Below are positions 47,418 to 56,613 of a DNA stretch of 64,000 nt, piece after piece. The DNA lies in IMG/VR virus record IMGVR_UViG_3300048852_000007, positions 11,893-75,892 of that record; one strand, written 5' to 3'. Every line of letters starts with the position of its first letter. Position 1 is the stretch's first letter. This DNA is from a virus (lineage: Duplodnaviria; Caudoviricetes). The notes beneath the pieces were generated by a model. The model was not told where the DNA came from and ran no database searches. It was given only the letters and a program-made list of their open reading frames with translations. A program made the translations under genes and the position numbers.

Positions 47418-48659
47418 ATGCAGACGTTCACGGGAAAGCAGTACCTCCAGATCGACATCGCTGGAAACTTCAACAGTGCCTTAGACAAGATCAGTTGGGA
47501 TGAGCGTCTGGTTTGGTTCGAGGAGCACAAAGACCACCTGTACGATCTCCTGCCTCAAGCAGAGAAACCAGCACTCTATTTCGCTGGCCTTGAAGCATGG
47601 GAAGCGGTGCAGCGTAGTGAACCCATCGGCTATCCGATCTCTCTCGATGCCACAGCTTCGGGCTTGCAAATCCTGGCTTGCCTAACAGGCGATCGTTCAG
47701 CTGCTGAGATCTGTAATGTGGTGAACACGGGCAACCGTGAGGATGCTTACACCCACATTTGGCAGACCTTGCAAACCAAGGTGGGTGCAGCGGTCCAGGT
47801 AACCCGGCAGCAAGCCAAGGATGCCTGTGTCCCTGCCTTCTATGGTTCCAAAGCGAAACCCAAGGAGATCTTCGGAGAAGCACTCCTGACTAAGTTCGAG
47901 GAGACGATGGGAGAGTTGACTCCGGCCTGCTGGGAGCTGAACCAGGCATTCCTGGCCATCTGGGATCCGGATGCCCTCTCCAATGACTGGGTGCTGCCGG
48001 ACAATTTCCATGTGAAGTGCAAGGTCATGAACCAGGTGACCGAGAGTGTGCAGTTCCTGAACGAGCCCTTCGATATCCACCGCAAGGTCAATGCCCCGAC
48101 CAAGGAGGGAAGGTCTCTGGGAGCCAATGTCACCCACTCTCTGGATGGGATGATCGTCCGGGAGATGGTGCGTCGGTGCAGCTATGAACCAAGCACAGTA
48201 AGTCGCATTCGCAGCCTGCTGGATGCGATGGCAGAGCAGAGACTCGACACGTCCAAGATCGTAAGCACGGCTAACAACGCAGCACAGGACGATGCTGACG
48301 CCCGCATGGTACGGATCCTCTGGGATCACTATCACGCCTCGGGTTATCTCTCTGCCCGCATTCTGGATCACTTGAAACTATCGAATATCTTGATCGTAGA
48401 TCCCTATGTGATCCGCGAGCTGATCGACAGCCTCCCCGAGAAACCCTTCCAGATCATCTCGGTGCATGACTGCTTCAGGTGCCTGCCCAGCTACGGCAAT
48501 GACCTGCGAGCCCAGTACAATCGCCAGCTCTATGAAATCGCCAGATCCAACCTGCTGAGCTTCATCCTGAGCCAGCTGGTGGGACGTACCGTGAAGATCG
48601 GTAAGCTCGATTCGAGTTTGGCGAATGACATCCTGGATAGCGACTACGCCCTCAGCTGA
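47418..48659 (+). CDS. RNA polymerase II subunit 2 (N4 gp16-like)
   Basis: LDATASGLQ (motif A), K.ACVPAFYGS (motif B), ANVTHSLDG and SVHDCF (motif C). Confidence 0.95.
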   Translation: MQTFTGKQYLQIDIAGNFNSALDKISWDERLVWFEEHKDHLYDLLPQAEKPALYFAGLEAWEAVQRSEPIGYPISLDATASGLQILACLTGDRSAAEICNVVNTGNREDAYTHIWQTLQTKVGAAVQVTRQQAKDACVPAFYGSKAKPKEIFGEALLTKFEETMGELTPACWELNQAFLAIWDPDALSNDWVLPDNFHVKCKVMNQVTESVQFLNEPFDIHRKVNAPTKEGRSLGANVTHSLDGMIVREMVRRCSYEPSTVSRIRSLLDAMAEQRLDTSKIVSTANNAAQDDADARMVRILWDHYHASGYLSARILDHLKLSNILIVDPYVIRELIDSLPEKPFQIISVHDCFRCLPSYGNDLRAQYNRQLYEIARSNLLSFILSQLVGRTVKIGKLDSSLANDILDSDYALS

Positions 48660-48671
48660 ACCAAGGAGAAG

Positions 48672-49070
48672 ATGATGATTCTTGACCCTGAACTTGAATA
48701 CAAACCCGCTGCAACCATGCAAGAGGGAAAAGATTATCTACGTTGGCTCCCTACTGTGGTTGTGAGTCGTGCGGGTGATCCAGTAGAGGTCACTGTAGTT
48801 TCTTGTAAGAAATTCTCTCGTCAAGAGGATGCGACTGAAGAGGCTCGTGAATACCTGGCTGGCATATTCGCAGAAGAACGTACTCGTTATCAGAAGCTGG
48901 CTAAGGCAGCTCCCTCCATGCTCCAGCTCCTGGAGTGCATTGAGGAAGCCTGGGGAGAGACCCTGGATAGCGACAAGGACATCGACTACTTCGATGTAGC
49001 CCGCTGGGTCTTTGATACCCTCATGCCGGAGGTCCGCAAAGAGATTGCCAAGGCTAAGGGAGAGTCATGA
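48672..49070 (+). CDS. Hypothetical protein
   Basis: 132 aa after the junction motif. Confidence 0.65.
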   Translation: MMILDPELEYKPAATMQEGKDYLRWLPTVVVSRAGDPVEVTVVSCKKFSRQEDATEEAREYLAGIFAEERTRYQKLAKAAPSMLQLLECIEEAWGETLDSDKDIDYFDVARWVFDTLMPEVRKEIAKAKGES

Positions 49071-49128
49071 TCGCTGTCTGGATCCTCTTCATAGCCCTAG
49101 GGATCACTCGTCCATGGAAGACAGAAGT

Positions 49129-49386
49129 ATGACTGAAATTATCCTATCAGCTGATCCTGCCTGGTTCGGTGCTAAAGGAGACGGCATCACTGACGACACC
49201 CAGGCCATGCAGGACACCATTCAATGGCTCCTGGCTCGGGGAGGCGGAACTCTGGACGGCTCCTGGCGCACATACAAAGTGTCTAAGCATCCCTTGAAAT
49301 GGCCAGGAGACCGTTCGGTGATGATAACTCACTGCCAATTTGAAGTGGAGGAGATTGAAGGTAATCAGGATCCTTCCTCTAACTAA
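49129..49386 (+). CDS. Short protein with only the pectate-lyase-3/tailspike N-terminal motif
   Basis: PAWFGAKGDGITDDTQAMQDTI..GGGTL..TYKV, stop after 85 aa. Confidence 0.6.
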   Translation: MTEIILSADPAWFGAKGDGITDDTQAMQDTIQWLLARGGGTLDGSWRTYKVSKHPLKWPGDRSVMITHCQFEVEEIEGNQDPSSN

Positions 49387-49477
49387 TGACGTTGTAGATA
49401 CCGTCCTCCTCTTACGATAAAAGTTACAAGCTGTCCTTTCCGGACAGTTTGTTTCTTTGAGGAAGGATAGTCAACCC

Positions 49478-49966
49478 ATGGCTACATATCAGGTTGCCTG
49501 GAATGCCACGACCAAAGCGGCCACCGTTCAGGCCAATGGGGATGCTCTCCCCGGTGGTTCCACCAAAGTAGGGACGTTCGTCTATACCCCGACTTCAGGG
49601 GTTTATGGCGCAACCACCCCGCAGGTGCTCTACCACTACGTCCGTGATGTCCTGTATGCGGTCGATGTGGAGGATATGCAGAGCCTGACGATCGCAGAGG
49701 ACACTGCTTATGTGGCCCTGAGTTCGATCGTCATTGCTCCTGGCACGGTCAGCATCGCTGTGGCGGCGACCCAGCAGCTCACCATCACCCCGACACCGGC
49801 TGATGCCAGCAACACTGCGGTGGCCTGGACCACCAGTGATGCGACCAAGGCCACTGTCAGCGCCTCGGGCCTGGTCACGGGTGTGGCTGCTGGTTCGGCC
49901 ACGATCACCGCCACTTCGGTGGATGGTGCGAAGGTTGCGACCCGGACTGTCACCGTTACCGCTTAA
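49478..49966 (+). CDS. Ig-like (Big_2) capsid decoration protein, N4 gp17-like
   Basis: TQQLT.TPTPADASNTAVAWTTSD...ATVSASGLVTGVAAGSATITATS motif; position after RNAP II. Confidence 0.85.
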   Translation: MATYQVAWNATTKAATVQANGDALPGGSTKVGTFVYTPTSGVYGATTPQVLYHYVRDVLYAVDVEDMQSLTIAEDTAYVALSSIVIAPGTVSIAVAATQQLTITPTPADASNTAVAWTTSDATKATVSASGLVTGVAAGSATITATSVDGAKVATRTVTVTA

Positions 49967-49984
49967 GCCTCTGATTAACCAATC

Positions 49985-50024
49985 GGCCGGCTCCCCTGGA
50001 TAAGGGAAGCCGGCCTTCTTTTTT
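49985..50024 (+). terminator. Intrinsic terminator
   Basis: GGCCGGCTCCCC/GGGAAGCCGGCC stem then TTCTTTTTT. Confidence 0.85.
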
Positions 50025-50047
50025 CTTGAACCAAGGAGCCCACCTCA

Positions 50048-51016
50048 ATGCCGAGCCTGCTTGAAGCCAATCCCGTCTATAAGCCGTTCCACTACCCATG
50101 GTGCTACGACGCCTGGCTGACCCAACAGAAGAGTCACTGGCTGCCTGAGGAGGTACCTCTCTCCGAAGACGTGAAGGATTGGCAAGGCAAGCTCACTGAA
50201 TCTGAGAAGAACCTGCTGACCCAGATCTTCCGATTCTTCACCCAGGCTGATGTGGAAGTGGGTGATTGCTACATGACCAAGTACAGTGCGGTGTTCAAGC
50301 CCACTGAGGTCAAGATGATGCTGGCAGCTTTCTCGAATATCGAGACAGTCCACATCGCTGCCTATTCGCATCTACTGGATACCATTGGCATCCCTGAAGC
50401 TGAATACGCTGCCTTCCTCAAGTATGCTGAGATGAAGGCGAAGTATGACTACATGCACAGCTTCACGGTCGAGAATAAGCACGAGATTGCCAAGACCATG
50501 GCAGCCTTCGGTGCCTTCACCGAAGGGCTCCAGCTCTTCGCCTCCTTCGCCATCCTGATGAACTTCCCCAGGTTCAATAAGATGAAGGGGATGGGTCAGA
50601 TCGTCACCTGGTCGGTGCGGGACGAGACCCTGCACTGCAATTCCATGATCAAGCTCTTCCGGACCTTCATCCAGGAGAACCCTGAGATCTGGACGGAGCG
50701 ACTCCGGGCTGAGATCTACCTGGTCTGTGCCACCATGGTCGAGCATGAGGACGCCTTCATCGACCTGGCCTTTGAGATGGGTGACATCGAGGGTCTGTCT
50801 GCACAGGATACCAAGACCTACATCCGGTTCATCGCTGATCGCCGGCTGGAGCAGCTGGGCCTGGAGACGATGTTCAACTCGGCTGACAAGCATCCTCTCC
50901 CTTGGCTCGATGAGATGCTCAACGCGGTTGAGCATCAGAACTTCTTCGAGGGACGGGCCACGGAGTACAGCAAGGCCAGCACTGAGGGCAGTTGGGAAGA
51001 GGTGTGGGCAGCCTGA
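50048..51016 (+). CDS. nrdB: Ribonucleotide reductase class I beta subunit
   Basis: HWLPEEV, FFTQAD, E.VH..AYS, TEGLQLFASF and RDETLH di-metal ligands; NFFE C-terminus. Confidence 0.95.
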   Translation: MPSLLEANPVYKPFHYPWCYDAWLTQQKSHWLPEEVPLSEDVKDWQGKLTESEKNLLTQIFRFFTQADVEVGDCYMTKYSAVFKPTEVKMMLAAFSNIETVHIAAYSHLLDTIGIPEAEYAAFLKYAEMKAKYDYMHSFTVENKHEIAKTMAAFGAFTEGLQLFASFAILMNFPRFNKMKGMGQIVTWSVRDETLHCNSMIKLFRTFIQENPEIWTERLRAEIYLVCATMVEHEDAFIDLAFEMGDIEGLSAQDTKTYIRFIADRRLEQLGLETMFNSADKHPLPWLDEMLNAVEHQNFFEGRATEYSKASTEGSWEEVWAA

Positions 51017-51089
51017 CCATTACGTCAGACCCCCCTGATTGGTTTTCTGGGTTGAGGTAGCTTAGAGAGGCCGGGTTAGGGGACCTCTG

Positions 51090-51377
51090 ATGCCAACCGA
51101 CGACGACGATAACCAGATCACCATCCACTCCGTCACCATCACGCCAGACATGGTGGACGCCGAGGCCAAGCGATTCGCCATGAGGAGCGGGGGTATCCTC
51201 CTCATGGCAATGGCTGAGAAGAACATCACCGAGGATCAGCTGGCGCACATGCTCAATGTGCCCAAGCGGCAGATCCGTCAGCTCCTCCTAGGAGAGAGAC
51301 ACCAGGCTTACCTGCCTTTGGCAGCTCTCTGCCTGGCTCTAGGGATCCGGATGGATCTCCGAACCAATATGACCTGA
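51090..51377 (+). CDS. XRE-like HTH protein
   Basis: ITEDQLAHMLNVPKRQIRQLLLG and L.ALCLALG. Confidence 0.6.
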   Translation: MPTDDDDNQITIHSVTITPDMVDAEAKRFAMRSGGILLMAMAEKNITEDQLAHMLNVPKRQIRQLLLGERHQAYLPLAALCLALGIRMDLRTNMT

Positions 51378-51502
51378 CCACCTAGCATAATCTGTCCCGA
51401 CGCCTCTCATTGAAGCGCACCACGCTCCCTGAAATGACAGGGTAGACCTGCTGGACGCGGCAGGACGGACAGCTTTCTTCTAAACTACCGATCAAACCAA
51501 CC

Positions 51503-51532
51503 AGGCCGGTCTCGAAAGAGGCCGGCCTTTTT
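51503..51532 (+). terminator. Intrinsic terminator
   Basis: AGGCCGGTCTC-GAAA-GAGGCCGGCCT then TTTT. Confidence 0.88.
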
Positions 51533-51556
51533 CATGCCTGAACCAAGGAGCACACA

Positions 51557-51787
51557 ATGACCCCGGATGAAGTGCGCAAGATCCGAGAAGAGTACGCAGA
51601 GACCATGCAGCTCGCTGGTGAGCTGCGAGAGAGTGCCGAGAAGGTCCGTACAGGCTCGATGGTGTACGGCGGCCTTTTTGGCCGCTTTCTTCTTTGGTTC
51701 GCCAACTTCGCTGATCGCAAGGCCGATGAGAAGGAAGCCCAGTCTCGTGAGCGGGTCAGGAAGACCTATCCGGGCTGGAATCCCTGA
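51557..51787 (+). CDS. Hypothetical protein
   Basis: 76 aa after the junction motif. Confidence 0.6.
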   Translation: MTPDEVRKIREEYAETMQLAGELRESAEKVRTGSMVYGGLFGRFLLWFANFADRKADEKEAQSRERVRKTYPGWNP

Positions 51788-51816
51788 TCTCAATCTGAAC
51801 TAAGGAGCAATACTCA

Positions 51817-52005
51817 ATGCCGCTGTACGAAGTCGATGTGCTTGAGACCTGTGTGGCTCACAAGCTGTACCTGGTCATAGCCGACAACCCACGGCACGCC
51901 AGGGAGATGGCGGAAATCGGGAATACTTTCAAGGAAGAGTACATCGCAGACATGGGCGTCACTGATCGCCAACTCATGGACAGCGTGAAGGAGATCGAGC
52001 GGTGA
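51817..52005 (+). CDS. Hypothetical protein
   Basis: 62 aa after a junction motif variant. Confidence 0.6.
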   Translation: MPLYEVDVLETCVAHKLYLVIADNPRHAREMAEIGNTFKEEYIADMGVTDRQLMDSVKEIER

Positions 52006-53042
52006 GCGGTTCCACCAATCTCTACCGAGCCAGTCCCCGTAAGATCCGCAAGCACATCACTCGCTGCTTCTTCTCTGGTCTGGTTCCTTTTGTGAAGAGC
52101 AGCCCTGGGATGGGCAAAAGCTCGATCTTCAAGAGCATCGCCGATGAGCTGAACCTGGCTCTGGTGGATCATCGGCTCTCCACCTCTGAGCCCACTGATC
52201 TCTCCGGTCTGCCCCAGTTCGAGAACGGCAAGGCTCGCTTTGCCCCCTTCGAGGAGCTGTTCCCGATCGAGAGCACGCCTCTGCCGAAGGGCAAGCAGGG
52301 CTGGCTGATCTTCCTGGATGAATTCAACTCGGCTTCCAAGGCAGTTCAGGCGGCTTCCTACAAGCTGATTCTGGATCGGATGGTGGGACAGCACCGGCTC
52401 CACGAGCGTGTGGTCATCGGAGCTGCGGGTAACCTCGACACTGATCGGGCCATTGTCAATCCGATCTCCACTGCCATGCAGTCTCGGGTGGTTCACCTGG
52501 AGATGGAGCTGAGCTTCCGGGAATGGCTGGAGGATGTGGCGCTCAAGGAGGGCTACGACTCCCGGATCATCGCCTATCTGAGCCAGTACGAGTCCAGGCT
52601 GATGGACTTCCGGCCAGATCACAACGAGAGCACCTTCTGCTGCCCTCGGACCTGGGAGTTCATGAACCGTCTGATCCAGGATCAGGAGGTGACCGAGGAA
52701 GATGCCACTCTCTATGCCGGAACCATCACCTCCGGTGTGGCAGTGGACTTCATCCAGTTCACCAAGGTCTTCAAGAACCTCGTCACCATCAAGCAGATCC
52801 TGGCTGACCCGGAGGGATGCTTCGTCCCGACGGATAACTCCACCAAATGGGCCACCATTGCCCACATGATGGAGAAGGTCACAGAGGCGAACTTCGGGGA
52901 TCTGGCGATCTACGCCAACCGATTCGATCTCACCTTCCGCATTCTCTTCTTCCGCTCTGCCCTGGTTCGTCAACCTGAGCTCCGGCAGCATCCTGCCTTT
53001 GCCAAGGCAATGAGTGAGCTGGGACGGTATATCTACAACTAG
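52002..53042 (+). CDS. AAA+ ATPase (N4 gp24-like)
   Basis: SSPGMGKS Walker A, IFLDEFN Walker B, AAGN and CCPRTWE motifs. Confidence 0.9.
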   Translation: MSGSTNLYRASPRKIRKHITRCFFSGLVPFVKSSPGMGKSSIFKSIADELNLALVDHRLSTSEPTDLSGLPQFENGKARFAPFEELFPIESTPLPKGKQGWLIFLDEFNSASKAVQAASYKLILDRMVGQHRLHERVVIGAAGNLDTDRAIVNPISTAMQSRVVHLEMELSFREWLEDVALKEGYDSRIIAYLSQYESRLMDFRPDHNESTFCCPRTWEFMNRLIQDQEVTEEDATLYAGTITSGVAVDFIQFTKVFKNLVTIKQILADPEGCFVPTDNSTKWATIAHMMEKVTEANFGDLAIYANRFDLTFRILFFRSALVRQPELRQHPAFAKAMSELGRYIYN

Positions 53043-53051
53043 GAACCAACC

Positions 53052-53300
53052 ATGCCACAAGACATGAAGGACGCCCCAAGAGACGGCACGATGCTTCGTC
53101 TTCTGGTGGAGTTCGATGAAGGCAGCTTTGAGGACAGCGATGATCCCTGCTGGACCATCGGCTTCAACAACCTAAGCAACACTGATGAGGATCGTTGGCA
53201 GTTTGCCGGCTGGTGCTGGACGCATGACGTAATCACGGAGGGTAGCGGCAAGCCGATCGGCTGGCTTCCTCTCATTGGTTCTCACGAGGAGGTCTCTTGA
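53052..53300 (+). CDS. Conserved phage protein (APRDGT family)
   Basis: APRDGT.L.LL start, P.GWLPL end. Confidence 0.65.
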   Translation: MPQDMKDAPRDGTMLRLLVEFDEGSFEDSDDPCWTIGFNNLSNTDEDRWQFAGWCWTHDVITEGSGKPIGWLPLIGSHEEVS

Positions 53301-54445
53301 GTGCCGTCCTGAGCCAGGCAGACCCCATTGAGCTGGGTCCAGACCTGCGCTTCCTGACCAGGGAGTTGGATAAGACCAAGAGCGGTGTCTTCCTCGGCAA
53401 GAATGCTGCCTTCCTTGGTTCCCTGATGAGCAGCCTGAACTTCCAATGGGATAGCTCTCTTCCCACTGCTGCCACTGACGGTGTGGGTCTCTGGTGGAAT
53501 CCAGATTTCTTCCTGAAGCTCAAGCCTGAAGTCCGTAAGACCGTGCTCATGCACGAGCTCTGGCATCCAGGGTTCCTACACTTCGTCCGGATGGGGGATC
53601 GGGATCCCAAGCTTTGGAACATTGCCTGTGACCATAAGATCAACCTCGGTCTGAAGGCTGAAGGCTACTCATTCGAGGGAATTGAATGGGCCTGCATGGA
53701 TCCAAAGTATGTTGGTTGGGTCGAGGAGGACATCTACGACGACCTGGTGAAGGAGAATCCTCCTCCACCCCCAAACTACCGGTCGGACATGAAAGCTCCG
53801 TCCAAGGAGGACATGGCCAGGGCTGTGAACAACGTCGTCCGGGCCGTTCACCAGACCAGGCTGAACGGTGGTGGGGCTGGCTCCATCCCTGGCGACGTAG
53901 AGGTGATCCTCAAGAAGTTTCTGGCTCCTGTCGTGCCTTGGGAACAGCTCCTGCACCAGTTCATGCGGGATCTGATCGAGGAGAACTACTCCTGGCAGCG
54001 ACCCAACAGGCGTTTCCCTGGCATGTATCTCCCTTCGAGGCACATGGATGAGGGAAAGCTGAGCCACCTCATGTACTACGAGGATGCCTCTGGCTCGATA
54101 TCGGATAAGGACAACATCCGCTTCAACTCTGAAATCAAGTATGTCAAGGAAACCTACAACCCTCACCAGCTGACCCTGGTTCAGTTTGATACCAGGATCA
54201 CACAAGAGGTCACCTACGAGGAGAATGATCCCTTCGAGGAGATCAAGATCATCGGCAGGGGAGGGACCTGCCTGAAGTGCGTGCGAGAGCACATCATCCA
54301 GCATCGACCCACGGCAGCGATCATCTTCTCGGATCTTGAGTGCGATCCAATGGAGCCTCTGCCCTTCGACATCCCATTGATCTGGGTCTGTATCCGTAAC
54401 CGGGGCAAGACTGTGCCACACGGGAAGCTTGTTCACATACGCTAG
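53297..54445 (+). CDS. Metallopeptidase-like plus VWA domain protein (N4 gp25-like, DUF2201)
   Basis: TAATDG, HELWH, WNIACDH.IN, DASGSI MIDAS-like and GRGGT motifs. Confidence 0.9.
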   Translation: MSAVLSQADPIELGPDLRFLTRELDKTKSGVFLGKNAAFLGSLMSSLNFQWDSSLPTAATDGVGLWWNPDFFLKLKPEVRKTVLMHELWHPGFLHFVRMGDRDPKLWNIACDHKINLGLKAEGYSFEGIEWACMDPKYVGWVEEDIYDDLVKENPPPPPNYRSDMKAPSKEDMARAVNNVVRAVHQTRLNGGGAGSIPGDVEVILKKFLAPVVPWEQLLHQFMRDLIEENYSWQRPNRRFPGMYLPSRHMDEGKLSHLMYYEDASGSISDKDNIRFNSEIKYVKETYNPHQLTLVQFDTRITQEVTYEENDPFEEIKIIGRGGTCLKCVREHIIQHRPTAAIIFSDLECDPMEPLPFDIPLIWVCIRNRGKTVPHGKLVHIR

Positions 54446-54453
54446 GAATCACT

Positions 54454-54993
54454 ATGGTCATCAACGGCGTTAGTCTGGTCTTCCGCACCCCTATCAAGGA
54501 TATGGCGGGGACCAAGATCTATGAGAAGGGTGTCAGCTATGGCCTCGGTGAGGCCGGCTATGACATCCGCATCAAGCAAGAGATCAACTTCACCCGTGAT
54601 TTCTTCCTTCGGCGCTGTGTCGAGCGGGTAGAGTTCTCCTCGGATCCGTTCAGGGATCACAAGACTCTCCGAGAACCAGGAAACTTCGTCATCGCCTCCG
54701 CTATGGAGGAGTTCACCATGCCTTCGGACATGGTTGGCATCGTCCATGACAAGTCCAGCTGGGCTCGTCGTGGTCTCTCGGTCTTCAACACGGTGATCGA
54801 GAGTGGATGGCGGGGATTCCTGACCCTGGAGCTGGTCTACCACGGCTCCAAGGATCTTCACATCCCTGCTGGCTCGGGCATCGCCCAGGTGGTGTTCCAC
54901 CAGGTCAGCAATCCGGCTCAGTACCGTGGTCGCTACCAGGACCAGGCCAATGAGCCGGTGCCAGCCATCGTGGCTGAACCAGCACTGCTGTGA
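54454..54993 (+). CDS. dcd: dCTP deaminase / dUTPase-fold enzyme
   Basis: AGYDIRI, VHDKSSWARRG, NTVIE.GW.GFLTLE and GIAQVVF motifs. Confidence 0.88.
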   Translation: MVINGVSLVFRTPIKDMAGTKIYEKGVSYGLGEAGYDIRIKQEINFTRDFFLRRCVERVEFSSDPFRDHKTLREPGNFVIASAMEEFTMPSDMVGIVHDKSSWARRGLSVFNTVIESGWRGFLTLELVYHGSKDLHIPAGSGIAQVVFHQVSNPAQYRGRYQDQANEPVPAIVAEPALL

Positions 54994-54996
54994 TCT

Positions 54997-55227
54997 GTGA
55001 GGAGATCGGCAGAAGTACCTGAAAGAGTATCCGATGAGATGGAACTCAACAGGAAGGCTTACTGGAAAGAAAGGTACGGAAGACCGGATCTTCTCATTGA
55101 AGATCTGAATGCTTTTGAGGATAAGTTTTCCACAAAGACTGTTGCTGGTTCTTCCCGTGCTGATGTTCTGGTCGGTCGGTACATCGGTAATGGAGCCCAT
55201 TGGCTCCGCTATCCTCCCCAGAGATAA
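54997..55227 (+). CDS. Hypothetical protein
   Basis: 76 aa ORF between dcd and glutaredoxin. Confidence 0.4.
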   Translation: MRRSAEVPERVSDEMELNRKAYWKERYGRPDLLIEDLNAFEDKFSTKTVAGSSRADVLVGRYIGNGAHWLRYPPQR

Positions 55228-55254
55228 TCCTTACTTAAAAATGGATGGGACAAA

Positions 55255-55542
55255 ATGTCTGCAACCGTGTCTGAGACGGTCCTGCTCTACTCCAAGAAGG
55301 TAGATGAGACAGGTCCGTGCCCCTTCTGCGACAAGGCCAGAGCCCTGCTCTCTGACTGGGGTGTTCCCTTCACCGAGGTCAAGCTGGAGCCTTATGAGCG
55401 CCAGGCCCTCTACGATGATCTGGGTCTCCTTGGTTCCGATCGAACCGTGCCGCAGATCCTGGTCAAGGACTGTGAAGGCTTGGAGCACCAGATCGGGGGC
55501 TACATTCAGCTCATCCACTCGGGGCTGAAGGAGCTCTTCTGA
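55255..55542 (+). CDS. Glutaredoxin
   Basis: CPFC active site, RTVPQI and IGGY motifs. Confidence 0.88.
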   Translation: MSATVSETVLLYSKKVDETGPCPFCDKARALLSDWGVPFTEVKLEPYERQALYDDLGLLGSDRTVPQILVKDCEGLEHQIGGYIQLIHSGLKELF

Positions 55543-55940
55543 TGGGGAAGTGCATCAAGCCCTGGACGACGGGTGAGGAGAGAATCATCCGTCAGGATGC
55601 AGCTGCGGGTGTCTCTCGTGCTGAGACAGTCCAGAAGCTGGGGCGGAGCTACTCGGCTGTCGCTGCCCGAGCTCGCCAGCTGGGATGCAAGCTGGATGGT
55701 CCGCCCCGATTCGTTTGGACCGAATCCTACCTCCGGGAGTGTGCCGAGCTGGTGTCCAGGATCGGGATCCAGGCCGCCGCAGAACAGCTGGGCAAGCAAC
55801 CTGCTGCGCTAAGCATGGGTCTGCGGCGGGCAGGGATGTATCCCAAGGATCTCCGGGATGGCCGACGGTCTCACGCGGGGAAAGAGTCCGTTGCGCCTGC
55901 CATGTCTCTGGGGCAGTCTGCCCAGATGAACAGCACCTAG
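55542..55940 (+). CDS. Tandem HTH (GcrA/Myb-like) protein
   Basis: Two units: WTTGEERII..LGRSYSAVAARARQLG and WTESYLREC..LGKQPAALSMGLRRAG. Confidence 0.6.
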   Translation: MGKCIKPWTTGEERIIRQDAAAGVSRAETVQKLGRSYSAVAARARQLGCKLDGPPRFVWTESYLRECAELVSRIGIQAAAEQLGKQPAALSMGLRRAGMYPKDLRDGRRSHAGKESVAPAMSLGQSAQMNST

Positions 55941-55952
55941 CCCAGACAGCAC

Positions 55953-55980
55953 AAAAGCCCCGGCGCCAACCGGAGCTTTT
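55953..55980. terminator. Bidirectional terminator-like hairpin
   Basis: AAAAGCCCCGG-CGCCAA-CCGGAGCTTTT. Confidence 0.6.
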
Positions 55981-56121
55981 GTGTGACCCGCCAGACAAAC
56001 GAGCCAGGAGACCTGAACAGTCCCCTGACTCTACATCTCCAGCGTCCCCGTGCAAGCCTCTTTTGCATGACGGTGGAGTTATGCCTGACGGGTCCTAGGG
56101 CTTACCGAGGAGCGGTAAGAC

Positions 56122-56613
56122 ATGGCCAACCGTCTATCTGAAGGGATCGTACTAACCTTCTCGGCCGAGCCTCTGGATCTTCCAGCAGCTCCCTTGAAGT
56201 TCCTGCTCAGGCTAAGGCAGATGGCTGGCAAGAGCCGGCGCCTGGTGACCTATACCAAGAGCCTGGCCACCCTCTTCGACCGCTGCACCAACACCATCCG
56301 CAACTGGCGGAATGAGTTGGTCGATGCCGGTTACATCCACTGGCTCACCTGCCTGAGGACTGGCCGGACCACCATCCTGATCCGGGAGTCAGTAGAGTCC
56401 CCCTCCATGCGAGCCAGGTTGGAAGAGCAACGTCGTGTCGACGCTCTGCCCAAGCCTCTGCCCTGGCAGCCACCGAAGCCTGTGGTCATGCCCCCAGAGA
56501 CAAAGCCCTGGTGGAAGTTTCCAGTGAAATCAGCTTTTTGTCTGGGGGGTGCGCAACTTTTTGCGCCCATTAAGACCAGTAAGAAATTAGAACCAGGAAG
56601 GACCGACTCATGA
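56122..56613 (+). CDS. Winged-HTH protein resembling a replication-initiator N-terminus
   Basis: YTKSLATLFDRCTNTIRNWRNELVDAGYI. Confidence 0.6.
   Translation: MANRLSEGIVLTFSAEPLDLPAAPLKFLLRLRQMAGKSRRLVTYTKSLATLFDRCTNTIRNWRNELVDAGYIHWLTCLRTGRTTILIRESVESPSMRARLEEQRRVDALPKPLPWQPPKPVVMPPETKPWWKFPVKSAFCLGGAQLFAPIKTSKKLEPGRTDS

Noticed and set aside
51090-51377. XRE HTH as a lysogeny repressor
   Set aside because: No integrase, partition genes or divergent cro-like arrangement in the window.
37574-51550. TGAACCAAGGAG repeats as a CRISPR or integron array
   Set aside because: The repeat is too short, spacing is irregular, there is no palindromic attC structure, and no cas or integrase gene is present.
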